In this document: piece by piece, positions 24,605 through 34,000 of the stretch
Numbering within the stretch: position 1 is the stretch's first letter
How the letters are laid out: each line of letters starts with the position of its first letter
Virus record (IMG/VR): IMGVR_UViG_3300033168_000203
Span: 1-45,525 of that record
DNA length: 45,525 nucleotides
Source: a virus
Lineage: Duplodnaviria > Caudoviricetes
Direction: 5' to 3' (one strand)
Made by a program: the position numbers and the translations under genes
The notes under the pieces: generated by a model
Seen by the model: the letters and a program-made list of their open reading frames with translations, nothing else
Databases searched by the model: none
Told to the model about the DNA's origin: nothing

Positions 24605-25344
24605 ACGCATACGGACTGTTGCCCATTCACCCGCGCACCGGCCTCCGCGCTCTCGGCATCGTCGGTGGTAATCCGGTGTGGCCGATCCTCGGCGGCGACG
24701 ACTCGGACGACGCGGCGGCGCAGGCCCAGGCTGCGGCCGACAAGGCTGCTGCTGATACTGCGGCAGCCGAGAAGGCCGCAGCGGACGCCAAGTCGGCCAG
24801 CGAGAAGCGGGGCTACCCTGCCGATACTTCGGTCAGCGATATGACCGTCGAGGAGCAGGTGGCGTATTGGAAAGCGCAGTCCCGCAAGCACGAGAACACT
24901 GTGCGCGCCCGCTCGGACTACGACGACCTGAAAACCAAAGCCAAGGAACGCGACGACCTGGTGGCAGCGAACGCCACCGAGCAGGAACGCGCCGTTGCCG
25001 CAGCCAAAGCCGAAGGGCGCTCCGAGGCGATGCGCGCCGCCGGGCCCCGACTTGTGGAAGCCCACTTCCTGGCTGCCGCCGCGGGTCGTCTCGATGAGGA
25101 ACGTGTGAGAGCGATCCTCGAACCCCTCAATGCCGATCACTTCCTCACCGATTCCGGGGACGTGGACACCGCCAAGGTGACCACATATGTCAACGGCATC
25201 GCTCCCGTCATGGGAACAGGTAAGCCGCCTGCTGTAGGCCCCTCTTCTCGGGGTCAAGGCCAGCGGAACAGCTCCGCAAGCCCCTCCGTGGCGTCAGGCC
25301 GGGACCGGTACGCGCAGCGGCATCCCCACCGCTCACCCGCCTAG
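24601..25344 (+). CDS. Capsid scaffolding protein
   Basis: 'GYPADT...MT.EEQ.AYWK..SRKHE'; helical and charged; upstream of decoration and capsid genes. Confidence 0.85.
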   Translation: MNAYGLLPIHPRTGLRALGIVGGNPVWPILGGDDSDDAAAQAQAAADKAAADTAAAEKAAADAKSASEKRGYPADTSVSDMTVEEQVAYWKAQSRKHENTVRARSDYDDLKTKAKERDDLVAANATEQERAVAAAKAEGRSEAMRAAGPRLVEAHFLAAAAGRLDEERVRAILEPLNADHFLTDSGDVDTAKVTTYVNGIAPVMGTGKPPAVGPSSRGQGQRNSSASPSVASGRDRYAQRHPHRSPA

Positions 25345-25365
25345 CCCACCTGAAAGGGGCACCTG

Positions 25366-25755
25366 ATGGACCTCTCCATTCAGCGTGTCGTGGAGGGCCG
25401 CGACGATCAGTCGTGGCTCGGCTCCGCACACGGCACTTCCTCGGCTCGAACGATCACATTGCAGATGTCGTCGTTCACCGCCTCCACCCACTACCCGAAC
25501 GGCTACTTCCCCAGCGGTCTCCCGTTGGGTAAGAACACCGCCACCGGCAACTACGGCCCCGTCACTGACGCCGCCACCGATGGCACACAGGCCCTCGCCG
25601 GGTTCTTGTTCACGGCCGTGCAGGTTCCTCGCAACTCGGCGAGCGGCACTGTCGGTGCAGCCTTGCTCGACCACGGCCGGGTGCGTCTCGCGCGTCTCCC
25701 GATCGCGCCCAGCGCAACCGCGCAGGGCACCAACAACCACATCATCTACGTCTGA
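25366..25755 (+). CDS. Head decoration protein
   Basis: 'DQSWLGSAHG...ITL....NGYFPSG.PLG....YGP....AGFL'. Confidence 0.8.
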   Translation: MDLSIQRVVEGRDDQSWLGSAHGTSSARTITLQMSSFTASTHYPNGYFPSGLPLGKNTATGNYGPVTDAATDGTQALAGFLFTAVQVPRNSASGTVGAALLDHGRVRLARLPIAPSATAQGTNNHIIYV

Positions 25756-25771
25756 AAGGCGGGACTAGCTC

Positions 25772-26821
25772 ATGCTTTTGAATGAGGATTACATCTACCC
25801 CGCCGAGCTGACAGGGTACGTGCGCAACGCGCTGGAGGACTACGCAGTCAACCAGTTCTCGCTGGCGCAGTGGTTGCCCAACAAGATGATTGACGACCTC
25901 GACTACCGGTTGCTGTCCGGTGGCACCGGCCTGGCCGACGCCGCGTCGTTCCGGTCGTTCGACGCTGAGTCGCCCATCGGCCGGCACCAGCAGCTCAGCG
26001 TGATGCGCGGCGAGCTGCCTCCAATGTCGGAGAAGCAGCGTTGCGGTGAGTACGACCGCCTGCGCATGCGGAAGGTCACCGACCAGAAAATCGTTGAACA
26101 GTTGTTCAACGACGCCGAGCGGGTCACCCGCAACATCGCGGCCCGCGTCGAACTGGCCCGTGGTGATGCGTTGGTCAACGGTTCAGTGACGATCGCGGAA
26201 AACGGTCTCGGCCAGTTCATCGACTTCGGCCGCAACCCCGCGCACACCGTCACCGCAGCCAACCTGTGGTCGTCTGCGACGTCGGACCCGTTGAACGACA
26301 TCATGTCATGGCGGGACACCTACCTCGCCACGAACGGGCTGAACCCCGCAGCGATGATCGTGTCCCGGCGCATCTGGAACAACCTGCTCCGCAACCAAAG
26401 CATCCGCAACCAGGTGTTCGGCGGGCAAGCGCTGTACGTGGGTGGTGGTCAGTCGTCCATCATCAACCAGGACCAGTTGAACAACGTGTTCGCCGCACAG
26501 GGTTTGCCGCAGGTCACTTTGTACCAGGCGCAGGTCAACGTGAACGGTGTTGCTCAGCGGGTGATCCCGGACAACAAGGTGGTGTTGCTCCCGGAGCCGG
26601 TGGCGATCGACGCCCCCGAGGACACCATGTTCGGTGCCACGTTCTGGGGCACCACAGCGGAAGCCTTGGACCCGCGGTGGGGACTCGAAGGGGATGAGGC
26701 CGGGATCGTGTCCGGTGTCTACTCCGAAGAGGACCCCATCAGTTTGTGGACGAAGGGCGCGGCCCTCGTACTACCGGGTCTCGCCAACCCCAATTTATCA
26801 TTCGTTGCCTCAGTCCTCTAG
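25772..26821 (+). CDS. Major capsid protein (lambda gpE-like family)
   Basis: 'R.FDAE.PIG', 'ELPP.S......EYD.LR', 'ARVELARG.AL..G', 'DFGR', 'LP.LANP'. Confidence 0.92.
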   Translation: MLLNEDYIYPAELTGYVRNALEDYAVNQFSLAQWLPNKMIDDLDYRLLSGGTGLADAASFRSFDAESPIGRHQQLSVMRGELPPMSEKQRCGEYDRLRMRKVTDQKIVEQLFNDAERVTRNIAARVELARGDALVNGSVTIAENGLGQFIDFGRNPAHTVTAANLWSSATSDPLNDIMSWRDTYLATNGLNPAAMIVSRRIWNNLLRNQSIRNQVFGGQALYVGGGQSSIINQDQLNNVFAAQGLPQVTLYQAQVNVNGVAQRVIPDNKVVLLPEPVAIDAPEDTMFGATFWGTTAEALDPRWGLEGDEAGIVSGVYSEEDPISLWTKGAALVLPGLANPNLSFVASVL

Positions 26822-27378
26822 TGGACGCAAACACCAAGTGCTGCACTAGGTGTCAAGAGGACAAGCCGACTGTGGAGTTCTCGCCAGACAAGCTCGGAAA
26901 GTTCGGGGTCAGGTCTACCTGCAGGCCCTGTCAAAGTCGAATCGTGCTGGAGGCGCGCCAGGTCTCTGCTAGAAAACGAGACCTGGCGCGCGCAGCTAAC
27001 AAGCGTTGGTACCTGCGGAACCGCGAGGAAATTCTCGTTCAGACGGCAGACCAGCGTGCGGCGTACCGCAAGGCAAACCCTGAACGGTCGCGTGCAGGTA
27101 CCGCGCGCTACAAGGCGCGCAAGAAGGGTGCCCCCGTCAACGACTTCACTACCAGCGAGTGGCTTGAAGTGCTGGCGGAGTTCAACCACTCCTGCGCGTA
27201 CTGCCTCCGGACCGACAGGCCGCTGCAACAGGAACATATGCAGCCGATCAGTCGCGGCGGGTCTCACACCCGGCTCAACGTCATCCCCGCTTGTCGGGAC
27301 TGCAATTTCCGCAAGCAAACCAAGACGCCGCTGGAGTTTCTGGCGGTGGGAGGAGGTACTGCGCTATGGCAAACCTGA
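26821..27378 (+). CDS. Free-standing HNH homing endonuclease
   Basis: N-terminal 'CTRC..DKP..EF...CRPC'; 'CAYC......EHMQPISRGGSHTRLNVIPACRDCN..K'. Confidence 0.88.
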   Translation: MDANTKCCTRCQEDKPTVEFSPDKLGKFGVRSTCRPCQSRIVLEARQVSARKRDLARAANKRWYLRNREEILVQTADQRAAYRKANPERSRAGTARYKARKKGAPVNDFTTSEWLEVLAEFNHSCAYCLRTDRPLQQEHMQPISRGGSHTRLNVIPACRDCNFRKQTKTPLEFLAVGGGTALWQT

Positions 27379-27575
27379 TCACCTACGTCCACGTCTACAA
27401 CGACAAGGGCGAGTCGGAAACCTTCGGCCCGGACGACAAGGACCCGGTGCCGCAGTGGGCCGCCGAGCAGATGGGCGCCCACTGCTTCGAGGACGGGAAG
27501 CACCCGTACCCGGACGGTGACTACCCCGACAAACCCGAGGTGAAGGAAACCGCACCCGACAAGCCGGCCAAGTAA
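27366..27575 (+). CDS. Small virion-associated protein
   Basis: GGAGG RBS; 'TYVHV.....FGPDD..VP.WAA..MG.H'. Confidence 0.7.
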   Translation: MANLITYVHVYNDKGESETFGPDDKDPVPQWAAEQMGAHCFEDGKHPYPDGDYPDKPEVKETAPDKPAK

Positions 27576-27599
27576 GCCGCATGGCTGAGAGGGGTCGTC

Positions 27600-28154
27600 G
27601 TGGTTGATGCTTTCGGTGCTGTACCGAACGACGTAGCCGACATTTGGCGACCACTCTCAGCGGATGAGCAGGGGCAAGTCTTCAACCTGCTGGTCAAGGC
27701 CGCTGCGATGCTGCAGCAGAAGTCCCCCTACATCAAGGCGCGGATGGCCCGGTTCGCGTTGGACCCCACCGATCTGGGGGGTTTGGACCCGGTGCTTGTG
27801 GCCACCGTCGTTGCGACCATGGTGAAACGCCTTTTGGTCAACGTTGATGGGGTGGTGCAGGAAACAGCGGGGACGGTGACAGCGATATGGGCGATCCGCG
27901 GGGAGATCGCTGTTCGCGGCGAGCTGCAAGTCACCCCTGGCGATTTGGAATCGTTGGCCCCGTACCGTTCGAAGCGGTCTCGTGTGGGTTCGATGAAGCT
28001 GCATCCGAGTTTGGCGCCGCGCCCGTTCGGCAACCTTGGTGCCGCCACCAGTTCGAACTCCTCCTACGACTCGTGGTTGCTGCGGATCGGTCAGGACGGT
28101 GCGGTTAGTTCGGAGTGGCCGATTACGTCGATCCCGTACGCGGGTGACTCGTGA
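27600..28154 (+). CDS. Head-to-tail adaptor
   Basis: 'DV...WRPLS..E.....LL..A..ML', 'V.TMVKR.L.N.DG..QET.G'. Confidence 0.8.
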   Translation: MVDAFGAVPNDVADIWRPLSADEQGQVFNLLVKAAAMLQQKSPYIKARMARFALDPTDLGGLDPVLVATVVATMVKRLLVNVDGVVQETAGTVTAIWAIRGEIAVRGELQVTPGDLESLAPYRSKRSRVGSMKLHPSLAPRPFGNLGAATSSNSSYDSWLLRIGQDGAVSSEWPITSIPYAGDS

Positions 28155-28489
28155 GGCTCGGTCACGAAACGGTGTACGGGATCACTATTACCGCGGGCGC
28201 CAAGGGCTCCAAGGGCATTCCGGTCGAGGTGAAGTCCCCGCAGCTCCCCATCACGGGGTGCTCGTTTCAGCCGCTCACCACCACTGAGCAGACCGGCGAC
28301 ATGGACCTGACACAGACCATGTGGCGGCTGCTGGCCCCACCGTCCCCGCAAGCCCTGACTTTGACGGCCACAAGCCAGGTGGTGGCTTACGGGGTCACAT
28401 ATCAGGTGTTCGGTGATCCGCAGGTTCAGCCGGATCGTCGCGGGAAACCGGACCACCTCGTCATCCTGCTCCGTAAGGCCACCGGCTAA
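28151..28489 (+). CDS. Head-to-tail stopper
   Basis: 'GCSFQP', 'G.TYQV.GDP', 'H.VI.L.K..G'. Confidence 0.78.
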   Translation: MRLGHETVYGITITAGAKGSKGIPVEVKSPQLPITGCSFQPLTTTEQTGDMDLTQTMWRLLAPPSPQALTLTATSQVVAYGVTYQVFGDPQVQPDRRGKPDHLVILLRKATG

Positions 28490-28528
28490 AGGCTCAGGAA
28501 GCGTAACTCCTATCAGAGAGGGTCGCTG

Positions 28529-28861
28529 ATGGCTGCCCAATTCATTCCCGACCCCCTCGGGATGGAGGTGTACCTGCAAACCGACCCGGAGCTGCACGCA
28601 CACCTCCTCGAAGAAGCCAACAAGGTTGCCGAACGCGCGAAGGCGACAGCCCCTGTGGGCGCGAAGGAACACACCCTCAAAGGCGGCTACGTGGACAAAC
28701 CCGGTGACTACCGGGACTCCATCGAAGCATCCGTGGTGCAAGGTAAACGGCGCATGAAGGGTCGTGTCACCGCGCACGACTACAAAGCCCACTGGATCGA
28801 GTACGGCAGCAAACACAACACCGCCCAGCACGTCCTGCACCGGGCCATTGGCGGGGAGTGA
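28529..28861 (+). CDS. HK97 gp10-like tail completion protein
   Basis: 'AK.TAPV...G.YRDSI...AHWIEYGS....A.H.L..A'. Confidence 0.8.
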   Translation: MAAQFIPDPLGMEVYLQTDPELHAHLLEEANKVAERAKATAPVGAKEHTLKGGYVDKPGDYRDSIEASVVQGKRRMKGRVTAHDYKAHWIEYGSKHNTAQHVLHRAIGGE

Positions 28862-29244
28862 TGGCGTTCGCCGATGTTGAGGCCGTGCTGGTCACTTTCC
28901 TGTCGTCTGTGCCCGGTGTCACCGATGTGTCGGTGGAAATGTCGAACCAGCCGAGCCTGCCGTTCGTCCGCGTCTCCCGTGTCACAGGTGGGGACGACTA
29001 CATCACCGACCGGCCAGTGATGTACGTCGAAACCTTCGCCGCGGACCGGCAGACGTCGAGTGATATTGCTCGGCGAATTGACCAGAAAATGCATCACCTG
29101 CGCCACACCGTGGTGGGTGGGGTGCTGATCGACCACTGCGAAACGATCAACGGCCCGTTCTGGTCCAACTACCAGGACGAAAACATGGAACGCCACATCG
29201 CGTCCTATGCCGTCCATTCCCGATTCAACGCTTCCCCCATCTGA
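28861..29244 (+). CDS. Tail terminator
   Basis: 'F.DVE..LV..L...LPFVRVSRV.GGD...D.P...VE.FA'. Confidence 0.8.
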   Translation: MAFADVEAVLVTFLSSVPGVTDVSVEMSNQPSLPFVRVSRVTGGDDYITDRPVMYVETFAADRQTSSDIARRIDQKMHHLRHTVVGGVLIDHCETINGPFWSNYQDENMERHIASYAVHSRFNASPI

Positions 29245-29260
29245 AAAGGAGCAACACATC

Positions 29261-30202
29261 ATGGCCGGAGCAACTTGGGACAGCCTGTTTGTCCCCAACC
29301 CGCAGCTCGTGTTCAAGGGTCTGTACGGCGACGTGATCGTCAAGGACTACTCCCTGCAGAACCCGTTCGCCAACTGGTCGCCGTTCGACTCGGCAACCGG
29401 GTTGCTGTCATCGGACCTACTCACTGCCCAGGGCTTCTTGGAGACGGGGCTGCTCGATGAGAACGGGGTGGTTTTCACCCCGAAGTACGCGGTGGCCGAC
29501 ACCGCGGCGTGGCAGACCCGTTCCACGGTCCGCAAGGACGTCACCCAGGACACCGCGGAGTCCACGTTCACCTGCATCGAGTCGCTGCGCCCGGTGGTGC
29601 AGGCCTTGCGTGAATCGGTGCCGTTCTCCCAGTTGCAGCAGGTCGGTGCCGCCGGGTACGGGCTGAAGAAGTCCCGCACCCCCAGGCTGGCGTTGCGTTC
29701 CATGCTGCACATCGCGGTGGACAACCAGCTCGGCGCCGACTGCTACCAGGTGACCCTGTACCCGCGCTGCGTGCTGACCAAGCCTGACGTGAAGGCGTAT
29801 CAGGCGAAGGCAGAGCAGGCGACGAAGCTCCTGTTCGAACCGTTGTATGACCAGGTGGCGGGGTTCGCGGAGTTCACGTGGACGGACGGCCCCGGTTGGC
29901 GTCTGCTGTCCGGGTTGATCGCTGTGGCCTCGGTGGTTGCCACCGCTGTCACCGGCGCGAAAGCGAACTTGACGTTCAACCCCCCCATCAACGGCACCGC
30001 ACCGTACACGTACTCGGTGGGGATCGTCCCTGCCGCATCTGGTGCCACCGTCGCGTTCGGTGGTACCGCCACGGCCCCGACCGCTGTGGTGTCCGGTCTG
30101 ACCGTGGGCACCTCCTACAGCTTCACGGTGACCGCCACCGACTCCACGGGCAGGGTGTCGCAGGCTTCCGCGGCGTCCAACTCGGTGACCGCGATCACCT
30201 GA
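29261..30202 (+). CDS. Major tail protein with C-terminal fibronectin III-like domain
   Basis: AAGGAG RBS; 'GLL.ENGV.F'; C-terminal 'VSGLTVGTSYSFTVTA....G.S..S..SNSVT'. Confidence 0.88.
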   Translation: MAGATWDSLFVPNPQLVFKGLYGDVIVKDYSLQNPFANWSPFDSATGLLSSDLLTAQGFLETGLLDENGVVFTPKYAVADTAAWQTRSTVRKDVTQDTAESTFTCIESLRPVVQALRESVPFSQLQQVGAAGYGLKKSRTPRLALRSMLHIAVDNQLGADCYQVTLYPRCVLTKPDVKAYQAKAEQATKLLFEPLYDQVAGFAEFTWTDGPGWRLLSGLIAVASVVATAVTGAKANLTFNPPINGTAPYTYSVGIVPAASGATVAFGGTATAPTAVVSGLTVGTSYSFTVTATDSTGRVSQASAASNSVTAIT

Positions 30203-30210
30203 CCCTGATC

Positions 30211-30248
30211 CTCGGCGGCGCGGTGTTGTCGGACGCCGCGCCGCCGAG
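30211..30248 (+). terminator. Strong hairpin after the major tail gene
   Basis: CTCGGCGGCGCGG...CCGCGCCGCCGAG 13-bp stem; weak U tract. Confidence 0.55.
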
Positions 30249-30301
30249 CCTTCACCCCCCCACTCCGACGCCCATCCGATAATCCGACGAAAGGCATCAC
30301 C

Positions 30302-30643
30302 ATGACCAAGTTTCTTCCTCCGCTCTCCGCGGAGATGGACATTGACGACATGCGGGCGCAGGCCATCGACAAGGTCGGTGGTCAAGCTGGTGTCACCCTC
30401 CGCACCACGGACGGGGGGAGGTTCTTGGTCCCGCACCCGCTCTGTAATTCCGATGAAGTGCAAGCCCTGCTGGACGAGCTGAACGAGAAGGGTGACAGCT
30501 CGTCCATCTCCCTGGCGCGGGCGGTGCTCGGCGAGGAAGAGCACCAGCAGTTCATTGCCTCCGGCGGCCGGTCCAACGATGTGGCGCTCGTCTACGGCCT
30601 CATGATGGACCGGGTGAAGAACGCCCCAAACTTGCCGAGGTAG
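30302..30643 (+). CDS. Tail assembly chaperone (G)
   Basis: Position; slippery C CCA AAC at 30625-30631. Confidence 0.88.
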   Translation: MTKFLPPLSAEMDIDDMRAQAIDKVGGQAGVTLRTTDGGRFLVPHPLCNSDEVQALLDELNEKGDSSSISLARAVLGEEEHQQFIASGGRSNDVALVYGLMMDRVKNAPNLPR

Positions 30644-31020
30644 TGGACCTGCTCGTCCGCTACTGCACGGAAATCGAATCGGACCTGTCTCGGTTTCATC
30701 ACCGCGACATCGGCGACTGGTACCTCGGCGAAATGTCCTCACGCGAGCTGCTGGTCGTTGTTCGCCACTTCCCGGAGGAGTCCGCCACCAAGGCGGCGAT
30801 GCGGGACGACCCGTGGACCACCATGCACCACCTGCTGGCGAACGTGCAGGACTTGTTCACCTACTACCGGGGTGACTTCGCTAACGCCAATGGTCAGACC
30901 GCGAACCCGGAACGCATGCAGCGACCGGGCGCGGACAAGCGGGAAGCAACCCGCCTGGAAGCGCAGAGATCGAAGCATCAGTCGTTGATGGCGTCCATCG
31001 GCGGAACAACACCACAGTGA
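30625..31020 (+). CDS. Tail assembly chaperone GT extension via -1 frameshift
   Basis: The -1 frame after CCCAAAC is open: LAEVVDLLVRYCTEIESDL..FH. Confidence 0.82.
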   Translation, partial: PKLAEVVDLLVRYCTEIESDLSRFHHRDIGDWYLGEMSSRELLVVVRHFPEESATKAAMRDDPWTTMHHLLANVQDLFTYYRGDFANANGQTANPERMQRPGADKREATRLEAQRSKHQSLMASIGGTTPQ

Positions 31021-31032
31021 GGAGTTGACCCC

Positions 31033-34000
31033 ATGTCAGTCGGCTCCGTGTTCGTTGAAATCATTCCCCGTGTCATGGGGATGAGCGCGGCCATGACCCG
31101 TGATGTGGTGGCCCCCGCTGAGCAGGGTGGTACGGAGGCGGGGCGGACGTTCTCCACGGCGTTCACCCGCTCCGTCACCTCGGGGACGTCGGCGACCACA
31201 GCGGCGGTTCAGTCGCAGGTTCGTGCAGCCCAAGCCGCGGTGGAACAGTCTTCGGTGGCTATCTCCGCGGCACGGGACAAGGAGCTGGCCGCAGCCGATC
31301 GGGTGCGGATCGCGGAGACGAAACTAGCGGAGGCTCGCACCAAATACGCCGCCGACTCCTCGGCAGTGGTGGCGGCTGAGGCGCGGGTAGAGGCAGCCAA
31401 GCGCGGCGAGGTCACCGCCTCTGAGCGTTTGGTGTTGGCCGAGTCCAACGAGGGCCGCGCCAAGACAGAGTTGATCGCCCGCAACGATGCCCTGGCGACG
31501 TCGAACGCCCGAGCCGGGGAGTCATCTGCGGCGGGCAGTTCCAAAGCGTTGGGTTTGGTCGGCAGCCTCGGTAAGTTGGCGGTCGGCACCACTGCGGTGT
31601 CGGCGATCCTCGGCGGCGACGCCCTGCATCAGGCCGGCAACTACCAGCAGTCCCTCACCAAGCTGGCGACAACTGCAGGTGAGTCCACCGGCAACTTGAA
31701 ACTGGTCGGCGACGGCCTGCTGAACATGGCGGGGGAGGTCGGGGTTTCGGCGCAGGACCTGGCCAAGGGCATGTACACCGTGGAGTCCGCGGGGTTCCAC
31801 GGTGCCGACGGGTTGCTGGTGATGAAGGCGGCCGCTGAGGGCTCGGTGCAGGAACAGGCCGACCTGGGGCACGTCACCGACGCGGTGACCACCGCCCTCC
31901 ACGACTACAACTTGCCCGCGACGGACGCCGCGAAGGTCACTTCACAGTTGGTGACGGCGGTGTCGCACGGTAAGACCACGTTCGATGAGCTGACCGGCGC
32001 CATGCACTCCGTGACCCCCGTCGCTGCCGCCGCTGGCATCTCCCTGGCCGATGCTGCGGGCACGTTGGCGTCGATGACCGCTTCCGGTATGAGCGCGGAT
32101 CAGGCGGCGCAGAACCTCGGTTCCACCATCAAGGGGCTCTCTGCGCCGACGCAGCCGGTGATCAAGGAAATGGCCGCTCTGGGCCTCAACTCGGTGGAAC
32201 TGTCGAAGAACCTCGGCAAAACCGGTGTTGCGGGGACCTTGCAAGAGGTCTCTGAGGCGATCTTGTCGAAAATGGGTCCCGCCGGGACCACATTGCTCTC
32301 CACACTGAACCAGTCGAAGCTGGCCGGTAACGACGCGACCAAGATGTATCAGGCGATGGCCCCGGAAGTCCGCAAAGTCGCCGACCAACTGGTGAACGGC
32401 ACCATCACCTCCCGACAGTTCACCACGGGCACTGGGCACCTTGATGCCGCCATGCAGGGGCAGGCGAAGTCGTGGCTGACCCAGTACAAGAACGCCACAG
32501 GGTTCTCCGCTGCCCTCAAATCCGGGGGCAACGACACACAGACCTACATGGAGGCGTTAAAGCGGGCTACGGGCACCACAGACGGCATGGCTGTGGCCCT
32601 GCAAGTTACCGGTGAGCATGCCGGGGCCGCGAACGCCGCCATCAAGGACATCGCCGGGGCCACCGCGCAGTCGGACGGAAACATCAAGGGCTGGGACGAG
32701 GTACTAAAAAACTTCAACCTACAGGTGGCCAAAGTCGTTGACAGCATCAGGTCATGGGTGATCGAACTCGGGCAGAAGCTACTGCCAGCGGCTACGGAGC
32801 TTTTGAAGTTCCTCATGGACGCCGGGCACTGGTTGGGTGAGCACTCGCGGATGATCGGTGAGGTCGCCAAGTGGGTTGGTATCGCCGTGGGCGCTTTTGT
32901 GGCATGGCGGGCGGCGATGATCGCAGGACAAGCGATCACGGTCGCATGGGGTGTCGTAATGGGCGTCTTCAACGGCACCATCACCGCGGGCACGGTCGCC
33001 ACCAAACTCGCTGCTGCTGGGCAGTGGTTGTGGAACGTGGCCCTCGATGCCAACCCGATCGGCATTGTTATCGTCGCGATCAGTGCACTCGTGGCCGGGG
33101 TCATCTACGCCTACACCCACTTCGAAGGCTTCCGCAACGTCGTCAACGACGTGTGGGAAGCCATGAAATTGGCATTCCGTTGGGTGGAAACCGCTGGGGT
33201 GAACACCTGGCACGCCCTGGTCGCCGCCTTCGACTGGACCAAGGACGCGTTCAACTCGGTCAAAGATGCGGGGGTCTCCCTGTGGCATGAGCTGCAGTCA
33301 GCGTGGAATGCACTGCTCGACGCAACCAAAACAGTCGTCGGCGCCATTGTCGGCTCCTGGCATTCCTTCACGGACACTTTGTCCGGTTACTGGACCGTTC
33401 TAAAGAATGCCACAACCATTACTGTCAGCCAGTTGGTTAATACCTGGCATTCTTTCACCTCTGCAATCTCCACTGCCTGGAATGAAGTAATCAAGCCCAC
33501 TTTCGAGTGGATCGGCAACGCTTTCGAGATGGTCGGTAGGATCATCTTCGCCGTTGTCGGGACCGTGGTCCTGGTGCAGTTCCGCGTGTTCATGGCGACT
33601 GTGCACGCACTTTGGGATGACGCGATCCATCCCGTCCTCAACTGGATAGGTGACTTGTTCCACTGGCTGCATGACGCCGTTATCAAGCCCGTGATCGGTT
33701 TCATCAATGACGCGATCAACGCGTGGGGCGCTGCCGTGCACTGGTTGTACGACAGCGTGGTCAAGCCTGTCATGGACGCTATCGGCGCAGCGTGGCACTG
33801 GGTTTACGACACGTCCGTCAAGATCGTGACCGACTTGATAAATGATGCGATCCGAGGCTGGGCAACAACAGTTACCTGGTTGCATGACAACGTGATCAAG
33901 CCCGTGTTCGATGCCATCGCGGGCGCGTTTCACTATCTGTACGACACCAGCGTCAAGGTTGTCACCGACCTGATCAACGACGCCATCCGAGGCTGGGCAA

